DNA of 64,000 nt, from positions 1 through 64,000 of the forward strand of contig JBITAJ010000029.1 in assembly GCA_044440125.1 (NCBI GenBank). Reading direction: 5' to 3'. Position numbers and translations under genes: made by a program. This stretch comes from Sedimentisphaeraceae bacterium JB056. Lineage in GTDB: Bacteria > Planctomycetota > Phycisphaerae > Sedimentisphaerales > Sedimentisphaeraceae. The notes beneath the pieces are model-generated. The model did not search any database. It was not told where the DNA came from and was given only the letters and a program-made list of their open reading frames with translations. Positions 7,471 through 17,582 of the stretch are shown piece after piece (position 1 is the stretch's first letter; the number at the start of each line of letters is the position of its first letter).

Positions 7471-10400
7471 AATCTTCCACCTCACAATAATCATCTAAAA
7501 TCAAATTCGTATCGTTTAATTTTCTAATTGCTTTTAAGCACTCTTCAGCTTTATGGAAAGCTTTATTCACTCTTTCGTCGTTTAATTTATTGCCCAGTTC
7601 TAAGGCATTTTTGCCTAAGCTAATAAGTTGTCTTTTGTCACGCGTCTCAATTATAACGGTATCCGTTCCCGCCAATTCCCCAAGAAATTCATCAAAATTT
7701 ATAAAGCAGGGTTGTTTATTTGATTTAGTAGTGTCTTTTTTTATCTCTAAATTTGCAACTCTTCTCCTTAGCTCATCTCTTTGCATCAACAACATGCCGA
7801 CTTCAAAGGCTCGCCTATCTACCGATTTATTCCAAACATAAAGCAATGCTAAGGCATCAAGAATAGCCATTGCATGCTCAATTTTTTCGGTATCAATAGT
7901 TGAATTCTGATGAAGTATATGCGATGTCTGACTATTAGTATTATTAAGAACAATTATCTTGTCAAACATTCTACGTATATAAGTATGCTTATCTTCTTTC
8001 ATAAACAATACATTACGGTTATCCAAATCGGATTTACTTACCGTAGTGCCAATCCAGTTTATTTCCAGATATCTGGATTCGGATATTATAAATGAATTTA
8101 GAACAACGTCTGGATCGTTTAGTCTTGTTTCAATTTCTTTTATCTTCTTATGGAATTCTATTTTAGCATCCTTTATACCGTTTAAATTACGCAACCCCTT
8201 AGGATCAACAAAACTGATATGCTGTTTATTCTCAGCAACAAGCCATACTATGAAATCAGGATAGAAATTTCCTGCTTCAAAAAAGCCTACACCTTTGCCT
8301 CTGCTTCTGTTTCTTAATATATAAAGTTGTTTGTCTGCGAAGTATTCTTCATTGGAACGGCAAAAAGTTTTAATATCCAACAGGAAATTCTTTTCGCTAT
8401 CGACAAGAGCCACCGGTTTTATTTCAACATCACAATCAGGGGTTTTCCAGAGAAGAGGCTGATACAGGTGATTATTGAAAGCTATCGAATTAAATCCGGG
8501 CAAATCTATATCCAGTTTAGTAAATTCAGCCGGTTCAAGCTGCTTTGATTCTATTAGCTTCTTCACCTTTTCAAGTTTGGCTATAATATCTCGTCTGGAA
8601 GCATTTATCGCGAATTCATATTCTTTTACAAAATTAGGATCATCTGCTCTAAGCTCTCTATATTCAAGATGCTCTTTTTCCCAATTAGCTTTCTGATTTT
8701 CGTAGCACCTATTTGTATACTTTTTCAGAAGTGCAACCGCCAGCTCCTGCCACCGGGGTACTTTTGTAAAACTGTCAAAGGCCAGCTCTTTAGCCGGTAT
8801 ATATACCTTATACCATTCGGTATCATCTAATAATCTTTTAAGAACATTTCTGTCTATATTAAGATTATACCATGACCTTTCATTTTTGTATCGAATAAGC
8901 TCGAAGTATATCTCATCAATATTCAACAAACTAACATGATCGGGTGTAAGGCAGCCAACATCCGGAATACCTTCAGCAACAGCGGCAGTAGCTGAATAGC
9001 TCATGATAGACTGCACCTTTGGATACCAGTTGATCTCGATGGGCCTTCTTTTAAAATCCCTATCGGGCAATCCAAGTGTAGGTTTTGGTGCCTGCTTTTT
9101 ATAGCTTACTCCTTCTTTCAGCTTTATTGTCTTAAGCTTGACTTTACCGAGATTATTCAGTACCGGCAAAATAAATTCGATCTTGTCGCCATCGACAGGC
9201 AGCCCCTGTTCTTTCAGATATTCTTTGAACTGGCTCATATAATCAGCGTGGATACCAAAAATATTCAGTGTCTCCAGCATACTTATATAATCAGGAGCTT
9301 TAGCTCCGACCGTTTTGCTGCTACGTTTTAGGCTGAAATCAAGACCTTTAAGCCTTACGCCTCTGCCGAAAAGCTGTATAATCTGGGAGCCTTCATTTTT
9401 GCCTATATTCATAAGCCCCATTGTACTTACACGCCAGCTGCTCCAGCCCTCGGTAAACTTTCTCGAACCTATCAGAAGATTGATATTAGAAGATTCCGAA
9501 TTTATATTTCTAAAAAGCGATTTTGAAAACGGCTCATCACTAACCACCATTTGCTTGTGTTTTTCACAAAGTTTGCAAAGTTTGTCAGAATCACCAACAT
9601 TTATAACCCCGAAAGGCTCGTTCTCTCCTAAAGATAAGGCGATCTCGCCATCGGAGCCTTTAAGATTTCTGACGTGAAGCAGACCGGCAGAATTGGAATT
9701 AAAAAGTGTTCGCAAGACATCGTTATATAATTGGGCAGGCTCGGTATCATTCATAGAAGCCAGATAAGTGAAATTTGTACTGAGCAGATCACTGCCCCGG
9801 CTATTCAGAAGCCCGCTTTTGCCTTTGAGGAAATCATCAATGAAGCTTACAGATTGCTTACTGTTATTGGCGAATTCAGCTAAAAACAACAGTATATCAA
9901 TGATATCTGACACATCTTTCTTGCTTATAGTCTTCGTAACGCTGCTGCCGACAAAAATCCAAAGAGGCTTCTCAATAAGAAACTTTTTCAATTCACTTCG
10001 CTTATCATTGAACAGTTTTTGCTGCTGATAAAACGCCATCAGGCAAGCTGTGAGATATCTCACTCGTTGCTGTTGGTCGCGGTCATCTTCAAGGTTGAGA
10101 ATACGATAATCCTTGCCGTAACCATCCTCATAAAAAAACTTGTAGGAGTAGTCAAATATAATACTCTTGGCATACGTGTTAATAAGCTTCTTGTCTTTTT
10201 TGACTGCCTGGCCGAATGTGGCAGAATATTCGAATGAAAACCCATTTTCACAAAGGCAGTTTCTTCGCTCCATCCATTTTCCGCTGCTTCCGCCTGATGT
10301 GCCTCTGTGGCCTTCGTCGATGAGCACAAGATTATTGTCTTCAAAGGCTTCCACGGCGATAGTCTTATCTCCGGAGGTATCCGAGAGTTTGGATATTTCT

Positions 10401-11116
10401 ATGATCTCTACAGGTTTATCATTTAAATGCGTTAGAGGCATACTGCCTGCTTTATCAAATATATCGCCAGTTAAACCAGAAAGTGTCAGTTCTTCATTAT
10501 GCTGATTGCTGAGCCCTTCGTTTGGCGTGAGTAATATTACCTTATTGAGCTCTTTATGCATATTCTCTCTTGCCAGATAATATTTGTATTGCAGGATATT
10601 GATATGCATCAGCAGTGTTTTGCCCGAACCGGTAGCATTCCAGAGCGATATCTTGTTGAGATTTTCAATGTTGAAAGCTTCAATCCTCTCCTTCTCCGGC
10701 AGCTTCTCGTTAAAAGAATCGAGATATCGGTTGAGATCATCAAGGAGCTTTTCTTTGCTTGTGAAATATCTGTCAAGATAAATTTCGGTAAACAGCAAGC
10801 TGAGATACTGGAAATATTTAGGATAAAGCTTTTTGCCGTTGGCTTCCCTCTTTTCGGTTATCTGTTTCCAATAACGCACAATCCTCTGGTCATATTTAGC
10901 AAGCATATCAGAGGTAATCTCCACGCGGTCAAAAAGCCTCGCCGTCAAGACGCCGTAATAACGTGAAAAACCGTCTTCTGTGATACAGTCCTCGTCAAAT
11001 CCTTTAAGCCCGTAAGAGAGCTCCTCGATATTTTTGACTTCGAATAAACTCAAAAGCCAATTGAAAAGAACAAGCTTCTCACTGAAATGCATTGTTTTTT
11101 TAGTTCTTTTTGCCAT
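7442..11116 (-). CDS. Type III restriction endonuclease Res subunit with C-terminal extension
   Basis: ATGSGKT, DEGH, YSATF, FTEGW, QLFGRGVR helicase motifs; FYPDF..FVDPKG nuclease; ~165 extra residues. Confidence 0.9.
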   Translation of the reverse strand: MAKRTKKTMHFSEKLVLFNWLLSLFEVKNIEELSYGLKGFDEDCITEDGFSRYYGVLTARLFDRVEITSDMLAKYDQRIVRYWKQITEKREANGKKLYPKYFQYLSLLFTEIYLDRYFTSKEKLLDDLNRYLDSFNEKLPEKERIEAFNIENLNKISLWNATGSGKTLLMHINILQYKYYLARENMHKELNKVILLTPNEGLSNQHNEELTLSGLTGDIFDKAGSMPLTHLNDKPVEIIEISKLSDTSGDKTIAVEAFEDNNLVLIDEGHRGTSGGSSGKWMERRNCLCENGFSFEYSATFGQAVKKDKKLINTYAKSIIFDYSYKFFYEDGYGKDYRILNLEDDRDQQQRVRYLTACLMAFYQQQKLFNDKRSELKKFLIEKPLWIFVGSSVTKTISKKDVSDIIDILLFLAEFANNSKQSVSFIDDFLKGKSGLLNSRGSDLLSTNFTYLASMNDTEPAQLYNDVLRTLFNSNSAGLLHVRNLKGSDGEIALSLGENEPFGVINVGDSDKLCKLCEKHKQMVVSDEPFSKSLFRNINSESSNINLLIGSRKFTEGWSSWRVSTMGLMNIGKNEGSQIIQLFGRGVRLKGLDFSLKRSSKTVGAKAPDYISMLETLNIFGIHADYMSQFKEYLKEQGLPVDGDKIEFILPVLNNLGKVKLKTIKLKEGVSYKKQAPKPTLGLPDRDFKRRPIEINWYPKVQSIMSYSATAAVAEGIPDVGCLTPDHVSLLNIDEIYFELIRYKNERSWYNLNIDRNVLKRLLDDTEWYKVYIPAKELAFDSFTKVPRWQELAVALLKKYTNRCYENQKANWEKEHLEYRELRADDPNFVKEYEFAINASRRDIIAKLEKVKKLIESKQLEPAEFTKLDIDLPGFNSIAFNNHLYQPLLWKTPDCDVEIKPVALVDSEKNFLLDIKTFCRSNEEYFADKQLYILRNRSRGKGVGFFEAGNFYPDFIVWLVAENKQHISFVDPKGLRNLNGIKDAKIEFHKKIKEIETRLNDPDVVLNSFIISESRYLEINWIGTTVSKSDLDNRNVLFMKEDKHTYIRRMFDKIIVLNNTNSQTSHILHQNSTIDTEKIEHAMAILDALALLYVWNKSVDRRAFEVGMLLMQRDELRRRVANLEIKKDTTKSNKQPCFINFDEFLGELAGTDTVIIETRDKRQLISLGKNALELGNKLNDERVNKAFHKAEECLKAIRKLNDTNLILDDYCEVEDYAEIEFSFS

Positions 11117-11126
11117 TTATATAAAA

Positions 11127-12863
11127 TTACCCGTATATTTCGGATCTCAATTTATCAAAGATAATTTGCCTTCTTGCTTCTAAGAAAGGTTCAAAATTGT
11201 CTGAATTCCACAACGTTTCATCTGAAGGAATATTATGAATTCTTAAATAGTCATTACGTCTTATAATATCAGCACCAAATACGTTTTCTATCCAATCTCC
11301 AAATTCAGTAGCCTGTTTGCTTCTATTATCACTGAAATACAAGTATTGATAATTGCCAAGATTATTAATGATACTCCAGTCATAACCTTTTTCACTCAAA
11401 ACTGATTTTGGATGAATATGATCTATATCATTTTGCCTAAAATTATCAGGTCTGCCATAGATCATATAAATGACTAAGCGTCTGTCATACCAATTAAGCC
11501 TTTCCCAGCTATCCTTAATATCTTCATCAAAAATATGTAAAGAATGATTTCTGTAAACATCAAAAATCTTTTCAATAGGGAAACATTCACCTTTATGGTC
11601 TTTTATTACATTTAAGATTTTGTTTCTTCCAGTCTTCTCAGGCACCCATCCATTGCCTCGTCTGAAGACATTGTTAAGATACGACACAATTAGCCATCTC
11701 TTCAAAGTGTGAAAACTTTCATTCCTTGTTTCACTATTATCAAAATAGTTCGCCAGATTTTCATCAGAGACATTTGAATGAAATAAATGATACGCAACAA
11801 ACGTCAATGGAATAATACTTGGACGACAATTAATACAATATTCATACAATTTTGAATTTTTCAAGAACTCTCTTGTTGCAACCAGACTTTTTCTTAATCT
11901 ATCTCCTTTGTGTTGAATAAAATCTGAGTCTTTTTTATCAATATGGACTATATCTTTTTGGGAATTATCTTGTAACAAAAATACGAATTTTATTATTTCG
12001 TCTTGGTTAAATCCAATATCTATAAATTCATCCCTGACATTATTTAAGAAAGTTTCATTATCCGCGTTATACGCTTTGAACACTGACCTCATTAGCTCCA
12101 ATCCAGTCAATATCGTACCACCTTGATTCAGCTTTTGAAAAAGTCGAACAATCTTAAGTCTACTGGCAGTTTTACTATCTTTTCTATCTATTGGAACTCC
12201 ACACATCCCTACAATTTGAGTTGTAAAACATGCAACCTGAAATTTATATAAAACCTTCTCAATTCTTTTGCAATCTTCATCACTAAGTTCATCATTGTTC
12301 AGTCCGTTAATAAGACTGTCACTGAATGAGCTATGATCATAGCCATAATATTCAAAGTCGCTATAAAGTTTAGCGGCAGAATACCATTGTGGTTTTCTTT
12401 TCTCTTCGCCGCTAAAGGTATCTACAGTTGATGGAAGTGAGTTAAAATCCTTTGCAAAGTAAAAAACAAAATCATTATGCTCATACTCACTTAACAAGTC
12501 AATAAAAAGAGTTTCATGATTGTATGTCCCCTTTAATCCAATATAAAATGCCGATAGTCTCTGCTGCCCATCAATTACATAAGTTGTCTCTTTATCTAAC
12601 CTTTCAAAAGCACTTGAAACAGGAAGTTGTCCTTCAATATAGTCTTTATTGAATTTTCTAAACTCAAATAAAGGAACTTTATTTGCAGGATCTATTACTG
12701 TCATAATACCACCGAAAGAGTCTCCCTTTAATATTGTTTCAAAAAGAGAAACCATCTTATCCTGCTTCCAAACAAGTTCTCTCTGGATCACAGGAAGAAC
12801 TACGTCACCTTGTTCAATTTTAACAATAACATCTTTCAGTGTTTCAGATTTCCATGTTGCCAT
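11127..12863 (-). CDS. GmrSD-family (DUF262 + HNH) modification-dependent endonuclease
   Basis: LPVIQRELVW, IDGQQRL, FQKLNQGG, DIDHIHP..N.LGN..N.SK; AT-rich. Confidence 0.85.
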   Translation of the reverse strand: MATWKSETLKDVIVKIEQGDVVLPVIQRELVWKQDKMVSLFETILKGDSFGGIMTVIDPANKVPLFEFRKFNKDYIEGQLPVSSAFERLDKETTYVIDGQQRLSAFYIGLKGTYNHETLFIDLLSEYEHNDFVFYFAKDFNSLPSTVDTFSGEEKRKPQWYSAAKLYSDFEYYGYDHSSFSDSLINGLNNDELSDEDCKRIEKVLYKFQVACFTTQIVGMCGVPIDRKDSKTASRLKIVRLFQKLNQGGTILTGLELMRSVFKAYNADNETFLNNVRDEFIDIGFNQDEIIKFVFLLQDNSQKDIVHIDKKDSDFIQHKGDRLRKSLVATREFLKNSKLYEYCINCRPSIIPLTFVAYHLFHSNVSDENLANYFDNSETRNESFHTLKRWLIVSYLNNVFRRGNGWVPEKTGRNKILNVIKDHKGECFPIEKIFDVYRNHSLHIFDEDIKDSWERLNWYDRRLVIYMIYGRPDNFRQNDIDHIHPKSVLSEKGYDWSIINNLGNYQYLYFSDNRSKQATEFGDWIENVFGADIIRRNDYLRIHNIPSDETLWNSDNFEPFLEARRQIIFDKLRSEIYG

Positions 12864-12928
12864 AATTACAATTTCCCATTACTTAATAAATCTATTCATC
12901 CCTGTTTATCAACCCCATCTGCTAAGTG

Positions 12929-15853
12929 CTAACTGTCAAACATCCGCTTCGCAAATTCTTCCTCGATCAGCCGCACCTTCCATGTATCCTCGTCGCGTTT
13001 GAGGTTTTCGAGGTTGTTGTCGCCGTTCACGTATATCGTGTCGAATTCCATATCCAGCGGATTGTATCTCATCTTACGGCAGAAGTCATCAAGCGTGTCG
13101 TTGTCCTTTTCCTTAATATTACGCCATATTACCAGAATCTTCTCTCCGTCGAGATTAGTGCCGGTTATCACCTTAAAGCCCTGGATCGTCTCCATGGTCG
13201 CCACTTTCAGCCCTATAAGATAACTGAACGTCTCAATAATATCTATCCTCACCGGCTTTGTCTCGCCGACGCTGCCGGTAGTTATATTAAGCTTATAATC
13301 AAACGGGTTCTCGAAATCCGTTACATTCAACAGGCTCCCCCTGCTCTCAACATCGAGCATATAGCCCAGCATATAACTTTCGCGAAGCTCATCATTTTGA
13401 GCGAAAAGCGAACGCCGCTTCTGGCCTTCTTCGAGAACAAGATTATTGAGCGTATCCTCATAGCTCTCAAGACGGATATACTTGAAGCAGTGGCTGACGC
13501 CCGTATCTCTGGCGGCAGGATTGCCTGCTTTCCAATCTTTTGAATAAATCACTTTCTGAATTCGAGGCTTCAATACAGTATCGAAATAATCTCCCATTTC
13601 AACAAGGATATATTTACGGCTGCCGTCGTCCTGTCTGTTTAAGTTTATCACAGCATGACCGGTTGTGCCTGAACCAGCGAAACAATCAAGAATCAATTTA
13701 GTTGACAAAGAAGATTTAAGTATCCTATCTATTAAGCATAACGGTTTCTGTGTCTCAAATCCGATTCTCTCACTATCGTTTGCAGAAAGTGGCTTAATCT
13801 TATCGTCTATCCAAAAATCTCCAACAGGATTACCTTCTTTTTCATCAAGATATCGCTTAACACGAGGAGTGCCATTTCTTGTAAAGATAATTCGGTTATC
13901 TTTTATTCCTTCGTTAATTTTATCTTGCCCCCATATCCAATGTTTTCCTGGAGGTGGCTCGATAAGATTACCATTGAATAATCGGGCTTCACCTTGCCCT
14001 TTTTGTGTAAAATCAAAAGAGCCATATTTTCTTCCTGTTTCTTCTTCTATATACGGATAGTTAGAATCGTCTTTTTTAGAATCAATAAATATCTTATTAA
14101 GTATCATTTCTGAAGACTTTCTAAATACCATTACTTTTTCATAGATATTTGAAAAATATGTACTTTGTTTTTTTGCCGCTGTCAATTTTTGCCAGACAAT
14201 TTCATTAACATAATTATTATTGCCAAAAATTAACTCAAACAATAATCTTAATTCATGCCACTCATCTTGATCAATACTGCAAAATAAAGGGGCTTTTGAG
14301 TCCATAATTCTCATCAATAATTTTGCTCTATCAAACATCATTGAAAGCCAACTTGAATGTTGGTATGAGTCTTTGTAAGGGAAATTGTCATCATTACCTG
14401 TATTATAAGGTGGATCAATATAGACACACTTCACCTGTTCCCGATATCGCACTTGCAACAGGTTTAATGCCTGGAAGTTTTCAGAATTGATTAGCAGTCC
14501 ATCGCATTGTTCATCTATATTATCGATTGAGGCTAAGAGTTTCTCTTTAAAAGCTTCATGAAAAAACTTTGTATCAACGACGAGTTTGTCGTTTTGTTTG
14601 AGAAAATCGATGGAGAGCGGCTCAGAATAACCGGCGGCTGCTTCTTCGACTAAATCACCCTTGCCCGGCTTGATCTGGTCAATAGCAAACAATTCCACCC
14701 ATTCATTCCGCTGGGCATCGTTTGCGGCTATTTCGGGGTATAGCTCGGTCGGCACTCTGTCGAGCGTTATGCAGTAGTTTGTCTCTGTAACGAATTTCTT
14801 TTTGAGCCAGAGCTTTTTCTGAAAATCCTCAAGCTGTGCGAGGAAAGTAATAATCTTTGAGGCGACCTTTCGCATAGCCTTCACTTTTGAGAGATAGCTT
14901 TCCACCTTCGCCGCGTCTTCGTCTTCGATATCATCGAGATGAACAACTTCGTTTTTGATGTAAAAATCCAGCTCACGGCGGAGGAATCCGCCGAGGTCTT
15001 TATGGATGAAGTAGTCAAAGGTGTTTCTCGAAGTGAAATCGTTTATGTGTTTTTCCAGAAGGGTGCGGTTTTTATTAGCGCCCGTAGGCATTGGAATTTG
15101 CAGAGAATTCTGGATATCGCCGGGCAGACCGGCGGCAAGGATATGCTCGAGAGTCTCTCTGTTAAGCTCTGCTTGATTTACAGAATTACCCAGGGGAAGA
15201 TAATTAAAGCCGATTACCAGCTCGTCGCCTTCAATAGAGAAGAACGGGCTTTCAGAGAGCGAGAATCTTCTTTCTTTGCCGGAAGCTTCTTTTATATTGT
15301 CCTTTTCAACACCTGCCTCTTTCACCTTGAAGTGCACGCTCTTGCCGCAGGAGAGATTGAACCTGTAGTTTTTGAAATACTCGCTTGTCTTGATATAATA
15401 CTGGTCCTGGTTGGCCCAGTAAAGCTTTACTTCCTCACCTTCATAGGGTATGGCATAAACGCCTTCTTTGTATCTGCGAAGAGAAATAAAGTCGCCGTCT
15501 TTGTAGTAACGGCTGAAGAAGCTGTAGAGATGGGAATACACTTCGTTTTCCAATCCCTCAAGGTCGGCTTTCTTTGCCCGTAGTTCCATAACCTTGGCGT
15601 TGGTATCCGGGTCGATCCCAAGCTCTCGTGCATTGGCTATTGCCTTCTGGAGCTGGTCGTTTACGGCGGAAGTGTTATGATCATTGAGTATCTGCCGCAC
15701 TTGGGGCAAAAGATCTTTCTCAAGAAACTGCGTAATCTGAGACCGGCGGGAATTCATAATACGATAAATCCCAAAATCCAGATCCTGCCGATCAAGCATA
15801 AAAAGCTCTTTAAGCTTTGATATCAATTTGTTAAAAGTTCTCGTATCTTCCAT
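12929..15853 (-). CDS. Type III R-M adenine DNA methyltransferase (Mod)
   Basis: YIDPPYN, TQKP, DCFAGSGTT; AT-rich central target-recognition domain. Confidence 0.92.
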   Translation of the reverse strand: MEDTRTFNKLISKLKELFMLDRQDLDFGIYRIMNSRRSQITQFLEKDLLPQVRQILNDHNTSAVNDQLQKAIANARELGIDPDTNAKVMELRAKKADLEGLENEVYSHLYSFFSRYYKDGDFISLRRYKEGVYAIPYEGEEVKLYWANQDQYYIKTSEYFKNYRFNLSCGKSVHFKVKEAGVEKDNIKEASGKERRFSLSESPFFSIEGDELVIGFNYLPLGNSVNQAELNRETLEHILAAGLPGDIQNSLQIPMPTGANKNRTLLEKHINDFTSRNTFDYFIHKDLGGFLRRELDFYIKNEVVHLDDIEDEDAAKVESYLSKVKAMRKVASKIITFLAQLEDFQKKLWLKKKFVTETNYCITLDRVPTELYPEIAANDAQRNEWVELFAIDQIKPGKGDLVEEAAAGYSEPLSIDFLKQNDKLVVDTKFFHEAFKEKLLASIDNIDEQCDGLLINSENFQALNLLQVRYREQVKCVYIDPPYNTGNDDNFPYKDSYQHSSWLSMMFDRAKLLMRIMDSKAPLFCSIDQDEWHELRLLFELIFGNNNYVNEIVWQKLTAAKKQSTYFSNIYEKVMVFRKSSEMILNKIFIDSKKDDSNYPYIEEETGRKYGSFDFTQKGQGEARLFNGNLIEPPPGKHWIWGQDKINEGIKDNRIIFTRNGTPRVKRYLDEKEGNPVGDFWIDDKIKPLSANDSERIGFETQKPLCLIDRILKSSLSTKLILDCFAGSGTTGHAVINLNRQDDGSRKYILVEMGDYFDTVLKPRIQKVIYSKDWKAGNPAARDTGVSHCFKYIRLESYEDTLNNLVLEEGQKRRSLFAQNDELRESYMLGYMLDVESRGSLLNVTDFENPFDYKLNITTGSVGETKPVRIDIIETFSYLIGLKVATMETIQGFKVITGTNLDGEKILVIWRNIKEKDNDTLDDFCRKMRYNPLDMEFDTIYVNGDNNLENLKRDEDTWKVRLIEEEFAKRMFDS

Positions 15854-15893
15854 TATATATCCAATGTTGTTTTTATTCAGTTGATTTGCCTAT

Positions 15894-17576
15894 TCAAACA
15901 CCAAGCATTTCCAGTAAATCGCCACGACGGAAAGTTGCCGATAATTGCTGAAGAGAGACTTTTCTCTCTCCATAACATTCCACTAAAGCGGTTTTTAATT
16001 CTTCAATAGAAATTTTATGGAATTGCTCTTTTGTTTCATTAAAGGCTTGCAGAATGTTTTGAAAATTCCTATGGTTTAATTCTTCTAAACTGATAGAGCA
16101 AGCCTTTAGCACTTCTATTCCAACCAGCATCGCTATATAATGTGAGGCATAAGGCAAAAATTCCGGAGGATTTGGACAACTCGGTCTTTTTCTTTCATTT
16201 TCAACATAACGGAAAATCAAAACAGCCATTATTGCTTGCGGCGCGTTTAAGCCCTCAAAAACATCTTCGTAGAATCTACCAAAATGTTCTTTTCTTCTAA
16301 ACTTTGCCTGTTGAGGCTTTTTCCTCCAAATAGCGAGAACGGATTCCGCTACAATAGAGCTTGTCAGATTCTTTGGGCCATAAGCGTTATCGTCTCTTTG
16401 ACGCTTATATGTATAACCTAAATCTTGGATTCCAATTTCGAGCTGTCGTTGAATTTCATCGTTGGAGCGTAAATCTCTGAGGTCAACAGGATTCTGGCTG
16501 TTAGTTGCATAAGTGATATCCTGAACAAAATCATCTTTAGTTTCAGCCAGCTGGTAGATTCTTATCATTACATATGCGTCAGCGGATATGTTAGGGAGAT
16601 TTCCTTTAAGGGTCTCTTGTATCGTACGACAAGTCTGACCGCCATTAATTACCTGCATATTCTTAATTTGGACACTGAAATTTTCTCCCTGGAACGCATT
16701 ATAATCAAATTTGTCGCAAATGACGGTAATCCCGTTGTTATAAAAATAAAATTTATCGCTTCTGGCAGGATCCAAAAGCGTATTATGAATAGCCGTATTA
16801 ACCCTATTTGCATGTAAACCGAGATATCGCCGAATATTTCTCTCGAGGAGCTTATCACCGTGTTCCGAAAATATATCATGAATTTCTCGAACGGCTATTC
16901 TGCCGACAAGAACTCTCATATAATTCATGTCCTCTACAATCGCTTTTCCTGAAAGCCTTAATGTTGTGTCAATTTTCTTGCTGCTCTGTAGTATCTTGAC
17001 AATGGAGTCATGATTAAAGTGAATGAAGTTTACTTTATCACCATAATTCTCACAAGATTGCTTAATAAAAATCTCTGCTTGTTGATTCCATATGTCTCCG
17101 TTGTTACATAATATAACTCTGACTGTAGGTATGAAAGCATCACGAATTAATGATCGGATTTCTTCAACTTTAGGTTTTATCTTTTCGTTTAACTGTACAT
17201 CTCTTAAGGGATCAAACAAAATCTCAACAGTATTTAAAGCTTTCTGAACCCCGTTTTCCGGGAAATTCGCTTTTCCTTCAAGGTCTATTACTTTGTATTT
17301 TCCTTGAAAAATTGTAACAAGAAATTCTCCGTCTTCAACGTCTCCAATGTGCAGCCCGTCCACCCCGGCATCATTCCCGCCATCAGTAAGTAATTCAGAC
17401 GCTTCTTCAAGAGATATTTCAAGGCAAGTTGACATACATAATAGAACAAATGTGGCGGATTTCTTTTTATTAATGTCTTGCCCAGCCGGCAACCAATCAG
17501 GATGTTTTTCTATTATTCCATTAATTCTCTGGTCAACTATACTAACATTGATATTCATAACATCACCTATAATCAT
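15894..17576 (-). CDS. AIPR family protein (abortive infection/phage resistance)
   Basis: NIRRYLG, FYFYNNGIT, QVINGGQT, TNSQN motifs. Confidence 0.9.
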   Translation of the reverse strand: MIIGDVMNINVSIVDQRINGIIEKHPDWLPAGQDINKKKSATFVLLCMSTCLEISLEEASELLTDGGNDAGVDGLHIGDVEDGEFLVTIFQGKYKVIDLEGKANFPENGVQKALNTVEILFDPLRDVQLNEKIKPKVEEIRSLIRDAFIPTVRVILCNNGDIWNQQAEIFIKQSCENYGDKVNFIHFNHDSIVKILQSSKKIDTTLRLSGKAIVEDMNYMRVLVGRIAVREIHDIFSEHGDKLLERNIRRYLGLHANRVNTAIHNTLLDPARSDKFYFYNNGITVICDKFDYNAFQGENFSVQIKNMQVINGGQTCRTIQETLKGNLPNISADAYVMIRIYQLAETKDDFVQDITYATNSQNPVDLRDLRSNDEIQRQLEIGIQDLGYTYKRQRDDNAYGPKNLTSSIVAESVLAIWRKKPQQAKFRRKEHFGRFYEDVFEGLNAPQAIMAVLIFRYVENERKRPSCPNPPEFLPYASHYIAMLVGIEVLKACSISLEELNHRNFQNILQAFNETKEQFHKISIEELKTALVECYGERKVSLQQLSATFRRGDLLEMLGV

Positions 17577-17582
17577 TAAAGT

